From assembly GCA_951406725.2 (NCBI GenBank), contig OX597814.1, positions 203,484,001-203,548,000 on the forward strand: DNA of 64,000 nucleotides. The letters are read 5' to 3'. Position numbers and translations under genes: made by a program. This DNA is from Octopus vulgaris. Lineage: Eukaryota. The notes under the pieces were generated by a model that saw only the letters and a list, made by a program, of their open reading frames with translations, was not told where the DNA came from and searched no databases. This document shows, piece after piece, positions 54,418 through 64,000 of the stretch (position 1 is the first letter of the stretch; each line of letters starts with the position of its first letter).

Positions 54418-55037
54418 TCTTTAGTCAGGAGAGAAGGCAGTGTCAGTGACCTGTTATAGGCCTCTAAGACTGGATGGAAGGGAGGAAACTCGGCACAAAT
54501 GCTTGAAACAAAGTGTACTCAATTAAACTGAGTGACAGGTCAAGTCTGCCTCCCAAGTCTACTGCCCAAGATATCTTACAGTGTGGTTAAGTGGTAAAAT
54601 TGGTAGAATAATAGACAAAGTACCTTGTATTTAGCTGTGTCCTTTGACATTCTAAATTCAAATCCCACCAAGGATGTGATGACTTTACTTTTCATCCTTC
54701 TAGTGGTCTACTGGCTACAGTGTTGGATTCAGGGTTTAATTCTTGGCCCAAATAGCAGGTTGTGTCCTTAAGCAAGGCACTTCATTTCATGTTGGCCAGA
54801 TTTATTTAACTGAGTGCTGGTGCAGACTTTTCTGCTAGCAGTACATCTAAGATATTCCACTGGGTTAAGATTTGGAGAGCTGAGAGAGAGTCTGTGTTTG
54901 CTCCTGACTACATAAGCCCCTTAAACAGTTAGCAAGAGCATGGTAAATGCTAAGTCAGTCATGCTTGCAAGTAACAGCTATGGTGATCAAATGTGTGTGT
55001 GTGTGTGTGTGTGTGCGCACGCATGCATGAGTGTGTA

Positions 55038-56220
55038 TCAGGTCATTCCATAAGTAATGTTGTTTTTTGTAGTAGGCTTTGAAGAAATAATAAAAAGCTA
55101 GGAAGGTACCAATTTAATTAACCGCATATTCCCCATCTGAATCAATAACATTTCTCTGACACTATAAAAGGTTTTTTTATGCCATTCCTATAGAAATCAG
55201 CTGGCTTAGAAGAGAAAAACTCTTGAAGGTCTGTTTCAAGTGCCTCTAAGGAATTGTATTCTTTTCCATCAATAAAATTTTGCAAGCTTCAGAATAAAGG
55301 ATAATCTGAAGGAGCAAGGTCAGAAGAATATGGAGGAAGTGGAAGCTTTTCCTAGCTTAACTCCTCAATCTTGACACAGGCGATCCTTGCACTATGAGGC
55401 CTGGTATTGTCATGATGGAAAATGACACTCTTTTGACTGACTACAGAACACTCTTCTTCTGTAAGTTTTTCATTCAATTTATCAATTTCTACACAGTACA
55501 CTTGATCTGTATTTGTCTGTTTTTTTATAGCAAGGTTTCAAAGTGTATTACACCAAACATGTCCCACCAAACGCTAAAGAAAACTTTGCAAGGATGATGA
55601 TCTTGTTTTGGATGGGGTCTTGCTAGTTCTCTTGGTTGAACCCATTGACTTTGGCATTAAAATTCTTATGTAGTATCCATTTTTCTTCACTGGTCACTAG
55701 GCAGTTCAGAAATGGAGATTTTTCTCATGTGAATAAAGAGCAGTGCAGATACTGACATGCTCTCTTTGAATGTCTTTATTCAGTTCATGTGGAGCCCATT
55801 TGCCAAGCTTAGATACAATTCTAAGTTCTTGCAAATGGCAATGGACAGTTGATGATGATGAATTAACCTCTTCTGTTAACTCTTCAATAGTTGCCTATGG
55901 ATTTCTTCCAGTAGTGGCTTTCAACAAAGAGACAGAATGCCCAGAGTGGCAGGCATCTTCCAAGCTAAAGTCCCCTTGTTAAGATTTATGGAACCATCGA
56001 TGACACTTGCAAATATCCAAAACACTTTCACCATACACTTCTTGCACATTATAGCATTTGTTGCATTGTTGCCTTTTTAATACTTGTAAAGCATAATGTA
56101 TTTAATGTTCCCTTCTGTGACCTTCATTTTCATGAGGGGTTAATAAAGCAACAAATTATTGTCAGGATCTATCTAACAGAAACTTTCTTTGCTCTGTAGT
56201 TTTTATGAACCTGTGAAAAA
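55038..56220 (-). mobile_element. Highly decayed mariner element
   Basis: Terminus TA|TCAGGTCATTCCATAAGTAATG. The minus strand encodes remnants of HHDNTRPH, PPYSSDLAPSDY and WAPHEL. Confidence 0.85.
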
Positions 56221-56412
56221 ATCTTGCTTAAATGTGTTAGAGCATAGTACAACAGCAATATAGTAAATGGCAGAATTGGTAGAGAGTTGAGTATATTGTG
56301 TAACTGGACTTAATTTACAACTCTCAATGTTTTGAATTCCAATCTCAACAAGGTTAATTTTTGCTTTTCATTTCTCTTATGTGAATAAAATAAAATATAT
56401 AACAGTAATATA

Positions 56413-57355
56413 TTGGGTCATCCCATAAATAATGCAGTTTCTTATACTTCTTTTATTTTTTTAAATTAAGATAAACAAATTGTTTTTAAATCTAAAGTAT
56501 ACTCTCCAGCTTCTATGATGCTCTTCCATCTATCTGGTAGACTTGCAAGGCCCTTCTTCCAAAATTCACTTGTCCATGACAAAAAATACTCCTCCAGTAC
56601 TGTTCTGAACTCTTCTATAGAATTCATATTTTTTTCCATCCAAATGATTTTGAAGACTGCAAAATAAATGATAATCAGATGGAGCAATATCAGGTGAATA
56701 TGGTGGCTGGAGCATCATTTCCCATTCGAACTGCTCCAACTTTTGGAATGTCATCCTCGCTGTATGTGGCTGAGCATTATCCTGATGGAAGAACACCTTT
56801 TGCCTTGAGACCAAAGATGGTCATTTTTCTTCTAGCACTGACTTAATCCGCTCAAGCTGCTGACAGTAGATCTCCTTTGTTATCGTTTGGTTTGGGCTTA
56901 AAAGTTCAAAGTAGACTAAACCTTTCATATCCCACCAAATAGATAATAACACCTTATGTGGGTGAAAGCCTTCTTTAACCTGGGGAGCTGGTGTTTCTCC
57001 TTTCCCTATCCCCTGTCTTTGGTACTTGACATTTTTATAGAGAATCCATTTCTCATCACCAGTCACTATTTGGTCCAAAAAAAGGTTCATTCGTGAGATG
57101 TGACAGCAAAGAAGAGCACACATTCACTTGCTGCAAATGATTAGACTCAGAAAGTTTGTGAGGAATACATTTACTCAATTTGCTGACTTTTCTGTTGGCA
57201 CACAGGTACTGATGAATGGTTGAATGACCAAATCCAAGCTTTGCTGCTAGTTCCTCAACAGTTACCGTGGGATTTTGTTCCACCAGGGTTTGCAGGACAT
57301 TCTCATCAAGCTTCCAGGATGAGGCTCATCTTCTAGACTGTAGTTTCCCAAATTT
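56413..57355 (-). mobile_element. Mariner element, 5'-truncated
   Basis: IVTGDEKWILY, KVLLSIWWD, FHQDNAQPH and PPYSPDIAPSDYHLF; terminus TA|TTGGGTCATCCCATAAATAATG. Confidence 0.93.
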
Positions 57356-57548
57356 TAAAACAAACTTATAATTTTCTTATGTTTTCTTAAACATTCTCTA
57401 GAACAATACTTTGTGCAAAACCAAATACATGGCACCTTAGTCATAACACCAACTTGAACTTGTAACTCATTCTTTGAGGTCTCTGAGTGAGACCCTAACC
57501 CTAACCCTAACTTGTACAAATACAAAGCAAAAGTCAAACATATAATAA

Positions 57549-58300
57549 TCTTACTATAATGGGTGTTATGTCCGTCTGTCTGTACCCTCTTCATGGTCAA
57601 ACAGCTGGACCAATGGTCACAATGTTTTTCAGAATTATGAAAGTGGTAATCAGACAGGTTTTTAGTGAAAAAAATGTGAAAAAGTATGATTATTTAGTGG
57701 ATATTGAGGGTAATTGTTGAGTTTACGGGTATAAAAAAAGGAAATAAAAATTAAGGGGGAGATAACTAATAAAAGAAGCCAAGGGAAGTAAGTCAACTTA
57801 CTTCTCTACTGAATTATGCCATATACAAAAGTTTTAGTTTAGGATAGCTTTTTTAAGGAATGATTGTGATGGCTTTGGCTCATCTTTAATCAGTGTTGAG
57901 TTTTGAATTAATAAATCACCCTTGTTTTTTTGTTTTTTTAATTCCAGCAATGAGGATTAACTCTGGTTTCCTTACCCCACCCCACTGTATAGTTTGTGAA
58001 TTTAGAGGGTTTAGATTTGTGATACTATCCCTTTATTTCCCATTGTAGATGGGCAGATTCCTAAAGATTCTGCTTACACATTCACAGCAAACAAGGCACA
58101 GGGCCAGACTTTAGACTGTGTAGATGTATTTTTACCCACTTCAATGTTTACACATGCTATGAGTAGAGCAACGGACTCCAGTAATTTGAAAATTAGTGCC
58201 AACCAAACAAAAATATCGTCTACAAAAAGTTTTGTAATCATATTGATATTATCGAAAGGAAAATGATTCATAATTTAAATAAAGAACTTTGTGAACTTTG
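57549..58300 (+). mobile_element. Helitron remnant with PIF1-family helicase C-terminal motifs
   Basis: From 58054: QIPKDSAYTFTANKAQGQTLDCVDVFLPTSMFTH-AMSRAT, matching Helitron helicase T.NK.QGQT and A.SR motifs with GQLYV deleted. Possible 5' end A|TC at 57549. Confidence 0.75.
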
Positions 58301-60689
58301 ATTGTATAAGAATATAAACAAGCATAAAATAGTGTAAACAACTAAAACAAAAGTATATCTAAATAACATTTTTTTGTTAATACTTTTTATGTAGTGGTCA
58401 AAGGAAGCTCTAGCTTTTGTTAGGAGTGGTCCACATAACCATTCATCATATAGAGCCTGGGAGTGAATCATTGTCACATGCTACTTAGTCCAAACATATG
58501 TCATATCGATCACTCCTCGGTATTCTTATCAAGTCCATTTACACATTTCTCAATACATACTTCCCCCACTCATTTTATGCCTCCATCATAGATGGGTAGA
58601 TTTGATAGTAATAATAGCAACAATTTCTAACATATATGGCCATACAATTAAAAAGTTTGTGTTTCAGCCATGATGGCTCAAGGCCAACCAAAGCCTTGTG
58701 TGTGGATTTGGAAGACAGAAACTGAAAAAAACTTCTGTCATACATACATCCGTATGTATGTATGTATGTATGTATGCATGCATGCATGCATGCATGCATG
58801 CATGTATGCATGCATGTATATACGTAGTATGTGATGTGTGTGTGTGTGTGCTTGTGTATGTATGTGTGTTTATGTATTCATGTGTCTAGGTGTATGTGTC
58901 TATATTTCCCTTGTCTTTATGTGTTTTCACTTGCTGGTTGTAAACAGAGGCTTTGCAAATAATGTCATTTGCTTGAGTTCACCATAAAAGCATGTCCAGG
59001 CTTCTTAACATGTTTTGATATGTTGTGTGATCTTTGTAAAGAAAAGACTAATTCATGCAGTGTCATTTGTTTCCATTTCTCTGCATAAAACATATTCAGG
59101 CTGTTTGTTGATCAACAGACTAGGAGGCCAAATTTGGAAACAAATGGTGATTGGCAACAGGATGGGGATTAGCACAAATGGTGCTTGGCACAAATGATGC
59201 TGGGCAGCAAGATGGGGGTTAGCATCTGGCCATAGAAAAATCTGTCTCAATATACTCTCATCTTGAGAATATGTTGTTGCAAGCATTGAAATGTGAATGT
59301 TAAAACAATGATGATGATGATGATGATGATAATGATGATAACATGAGACCAAAACTTTAGGTTTTGGTTTTTATAGACTAAATCAACCTTAGCACTTGAC
59401 TTGTACTAATTTTATCAACCCCATGCTACCGCCCTTCAATAGGACGAAGGGAAAAGTCAACCACTCAAGATTTGAACTCAGAAGATAAAAGGACACAGCT
59501 AAATACCACAAAACAATTAAGTCTGATGCCTTACTGATTCTGCCAAGTAGCAACAGCAGCAACAACAGCATCAATAATTAAAAATAACCAATAAAGCAAA
59601 GAAGAAAAAGCTGCTAATGGTATTTAAGAACTCATCTTTTCAATGACTAGAATTTAATTTGATGTTCAAAGTAAATTTTCATTTGTATTGAAGAGAGGGA
59701 AAAAAATTTTTCGTTCTAAATTACTAGGGTGTTTTGGTAAAAATATTAGCTGCCTCACTGACATTTTAAAGCTATAGTCAGATCAAACTAACATGTTATT
59801 TGATTTCATTATTGATCTGCTAAATCAGACTGTAAATTTCATTCGAGTGCTTTTCATATTTCGATAGTGGAAACATTTAGAGGTTCCAATGAAAGAGATC
59901 TGCAAAAATATATTTGTTCTTATATTTTCTCAAAGTTAAGGTTTCCACATAATGGCTCTCTTCGAATAAAAGAGCAAAGCATTAGGATTAGAGGCTAGAC
60001 TCACAAGATTAATGTTTGTTTGAACTTCTAAAAAGAAAATAAATATAAAAATAAAAAGAATAAAAAGATATAATAACAATGGAAAATTCCAGAGAACAGT
60101 ATTAAAAAACAGTTGCCATATGATTTGAAATATGGTTTTTGAGGCTTGGTCAAATGATGGTAATGGAGTTGGAGTGTTTGAGTGTATATGATGGCTTAAG
60201 TGGTTTAATATAATATCAGTGGCCTCTTAGAAGAGAAAAAGATAGTTTACAAACAACAGAAGCGTAAATAAAAAAATGAATACAAACCAAATTGAAGACT
60301 ATCGTTTTACCTTACTCAAATACCATCCCCTTCACCACCACTACCACTCTCAGCCCCCCCTCCAGTCATTTTCCTACAAGAAAATGGTCATGATGTTTTT
60401 CTCTGTTTCTTTGTCAGTAAAAGAAAAAAACAATTCCCCGCCAAAATTTATCAAAAACTAAAACAACAACAAAAACAACAATAAACAGGATATTGATATT
60501 TTATGTTTTGAAAAAAAAAAGTGTTAAAATTTGAAGTAAAGCCATAAAAGGAAATTATATTTCCCAATCAAATTGTTGTTGCTGTCATTGTTTAAATATA
60601 AGTCTGTTACATTGGAAGCATTTCATACAAAATGGTATTTCAGTTTAAGAAAGATTTACTTTTAAGTAGTATGTGTGCATGTGTATAAG

Positions 60690-61230
60690 CATCATCATCA
60701 TCGTTTAACGTCTGCTTTCCATGATGGCTTGGAACGGACAGTTTGACTGAGGTCTGGGAAGCCAAGGGCTGCACCAGGCTCCAATCTGAGCTAGCAATGT
60801 TTCTACTGCTGGATGCCCTTCCTAACACCAACCATTCTGAGAGTGTAGTGGGTGCTTTTTACTTACCACTGGAAAGGAGCCAGTCAGAGGGCACTGGCAT
60901 TAACTACATTCAGATGGTGCTTTTCGTGTGCATGTATATATATATATATGCCATCCGATCGTGGCCGTTGCCAGCCTTGCCTTGCTCCCATGCCGGTGGC
61001 ACGTAAAAAGCACCATCCGATCGTGGCCGTTTGCCAGCCTCGGCTGGCACGTAAAAAGCACCCACTACACTCACAGAGTGGTTGGCGTTAGGAAGGGCAT
61101 CCAGCCATAGAAACATTGCCAGATCAGACTGGGCCTGGAGCAGCCTTCTGGCTTCCCAGACCCCAGTTGAACTGTCCAACCCATGCTAGCATGGAAAACG
61201 AATGCTAAACGATGATGATGATGATGATGC
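60690..61230. mobile_element. Two head-to-head family C fragments
   Basis: (CAT)n tail on the left and (GAT)n tail on the right, with family motifs inverted relative to each other. Confidence 0.8.
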
Positions 61231-61238
61231 ATATATAC

Positions 61239-61271
<33 letters not shown>

Positions 61272-61601
61272 CTAGCAGTATCACCCGGCGTTGCTCGGGT
61301 TTGTAAGAAATAACTATATAAGCATTTTTAGAGAGTTATAGCCAAAAAATAGCAAAAAAATGCATTAAAAACGGAAAAAAAATGATGGTAAATTTTTTTT
61401 AAATCGTTGACTCATCGTAGACATTTTTAGAGAGTTACTTCCCTTATATAATAGCGAAAAAATGCATAAAAATGGAAAAAAAATGATGGTAAATTTTTTT
61501 TTAAATCGTAGACTCATCGTAGACGCGTGCTAATACCCGGGAGTAGTTAGGAATCTAAATCGTAGGAGACAGACACACAACTTCTCTTTTATATATAAAG
61601 A
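61272..61601 (-). mobile_element. Complete non-autonomous Helitron (330 bp)
   Basis: Minus strand starts A|TCTTTATATAT and ends with hairpin ACCCG-agcaacgc-CGGGT followed by CTAG|T. No TSD; ~100-bp internal tandem duplication. Confidence 0.88.
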
Positions 61602-61602
61602 T

Positions 61603-61980
61603 CATCATCATCATCATCGTTCAACGTCCGTTCTCCATGCTAGCATGTGTTGGACGGTTCAACCGGGGATCTGGGAAGCCAGAATGCTGCACCAGGCTCC
61701 GGTCTTATCTGGCAATGTTTCTACAGCTGGATGCCCTTCCTAACGCCAACCACTCCGTGAGTGTAGTGGGTGCTTTTACGTGCCACCTGCACTGGTGCCA
61801 GGCGAGGCTGGCATCGGCCACGGTCGGATTGGTGCATTTTACGTGCCACCTGCACGGAAGCCAGTCGAGGCGGCACTGGCTTCGGCCACAATTCGGATGG
61901 TGCTTTTTACGTGCCACCGACACGGAAGCCAGTCGAGGCGGCGCTGGCATCGGCCATGATTCGGATAGTGCTTTTTACGT
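61603..61980 (-). mobile_element. Family C RTE-related element
   Basis: Near-identical to 23884-24258. Confidence 0.85.
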
Positions 61981-62752
61981 ATATATATATCATCATCATC
62001 ATCTAATATCACTTGTCCATGCTTGCATAGGCCAGACAGAGTTTGTTAAGGTAGATTCTCTGTGGCTAGATGACTTTCCTGTCACCAACTCTCTGTTTCC
62101 AAGCAAGACAACATTTTCGCATTGCCAGGCATGGGAAGACTGAAAATGAGCAACTTTGCTTGTATGCTGATGATGCTCGTTTCCAACTATCACCTGATGT
62201 CTAGACACTTAAACACACACACACGTGCGCGCGTGTGTGTGTTAACCAAATCCACTCACCAATGTTTTGATCAAACTGAAGCCATAGTTGAGGACACTGG
62301 CCCAAGGTGTCACATAGTGGATGGCTGTAACTATCAGAGTTTCGAAATAAAGTCAAATTAAGCTTGGTCCAAACTGAATGTGAAATAGTCTCTATGAAGG
62401 AGATGAATAACCAAGATTCATTTAAAAGTTGTGGAGGAGTAGGCATTATGAAATATAGGAATATGGACCTGTGGTTGAGCGATGGGCACATAGCAGAGAT
62501 CTAAGGATGTAGAGTAAGAAAGCCTGAACAGGTGACTGGTAATAGGGATTAGTCAAGAGATTAAAGCATGAGAAAGTGATGAGGAAGAAGTAAAGTGAGA
62601 TAGGATAAAATGAGAAAAATAGAAGAAATAAAATAAACTCATAATATTCCTTTCCACTATTGGCACAAAGTCTGAAATTTTAGGAGAAGGGGTTAGTCAA
62701 TTATATTGACTGGGGTCAATATAATTGACTAACCCCTTCTCCTAAAATTTCA

Positions 62753-62983
62753 GGCGGCGAACTGGCAGAAACGTTAGCACGCCGGGCGAAATGCATAGCC
62801 GTATTTCGTCTGTCGTTACGTTCCGGGTTCAAATTCCGCCGAGGTCGACTTTGCCTTTCATCCTTTCGGGGTCGATAAATTAAGTACCAGTTATGCACTG
62901 GGGTCGATGTAATCGACTTAATCCCTTCGTCTGTCCTTGTTTGTCCCCTCTGTGTTTAGCCCCTTGTGGGTAGTAAAGAAATA
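62753..62983 (+). mobile_element. Young SINE (family B) inserted into an older antisense family B copy
   Basis: tRNA-like head with GGTTCAAATTCC B box; TATATTGAC duplicated at 62702-62710 and 62984-62992. Confidence 0.9.
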
Positions 62984-64000
62984 TATATTGACCCCAGTAC
63001 TTGACTGGTACTTATTTTTATCAACCCCGAAAGGATGGAAGGCAAAGTCAGCTTTGATGGAACTTGAACTCAGAATGTAAAGACAGACGAAATGCCATTA
63101 AACATTCTGTCAGGATTGCTAGTTCACTGCCTAAGGAACTCCTAATATTGATTTTGTACGAGTTTTAGTTTTGGGTTTCTATAGCATTCACGTTCTCTCT
63201 CTCTATGTATATGTCTGTGTGTGAATTTTGTATGTGCATGGGGGTGGGGATTGCCTCCTTGTCTTGATATCACACAATAGTTGTGAGTGTCACTGTCATT
63301 CAAGCAATGTTTTTAGTTCCAATTTTGCATAAAAAAAAAGAACTCCGTTAGGTGGTTGGTGTTAGAAAGGGCACCCAGCCATAAAAGCCATGCCAAAACA
63401 GACAGTGAAGCCTGTCTTAGCCAACTCCTATCAATCCATCCTACCCATGCCAGCATGGACAATGGATGTTAATTGATGATGATGATAATGATGTCTGGTC
63501 ATGGGAATATATTACCTTACTTGGAAATGGAAGAGAGGGCATCTGACCATAGAAAATCTACTTCACTGAATTCTGTCTGACCTATGGGAAATGGTTAAAG
63601 AAATAATGTCAAATGAAAAGTGAGAGAGAGAGAGAGTCAGAGAAATAAAGCAAAAGAGGGAAGATGTAGAAGTTGTGTAGGAGGAGAGGCAGGGCTAGCC
63701 CATGTTATATATGGGTAGATAGTATGGTACAGAGGAGAGATGTCTAAGATGATGATGGTCAGGCTATATCCTGAGGGTAACATGTCCAAGAGAGCATGGT
63801 GACAGGAGAGTAATGGAGAGCAGACAAAGATTTACATTTTACAAAGCTTTACATTTGACTTTTGACAATCTTTTTCTAAAAAAGTGAAGCCAGTGAAGTG
63901 AATAAACATCTTTAAAATTGCATCTTCAAACCTTCTTTCATATATATTTCCACTCATGCGGTACCTTACAATTTCACTTTGTTAAATATATATATATTAA

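Noticed and set aside
57493-57510. Telomere
   Set aside because: Only three hexamers, in an interstitial position.

Overview
AT-rich eukaryotic DNA made almost entirely of repeats. The SINE families, the (TA)n/(CA)n/(GATA)n/(CAT)n load and the transposon mix point to a coleoid cephalopod, probably an octopus (inference). The only confidently intact gene is a tRNA-His(GTG) at 4348-4419. The rest is decayed mobile DNA: five mariner remnants, a Tc1 end, RTE and CR1-type LINE fragments, Helitron pieces, two tRNA-derived SINE families, one RTE-related short repeat family, and at least three Penelope-like elements (PLEs; RT and/or GIY-YIG). Nearly all ORFs in the supplied track are microsatellite artefacts. 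A host protein-coding gene is only weakly suggested by a few candidate exons. The most unusual signal is a dense set of type I hammerhead ribozyme (HHR) motifs. Two look near-intact and lie at PLE 3' ends (23628-23714, 29012-29062). Three are minimal variants with an extra A and covarying stem I. Others sit in the arms, in the loop or beside six mutually unrelated fold-back elements of 125-515 bp, whose mismatches are mostly G.U on the + strand. All structures were read by eye; repeat boundaries are approximate.
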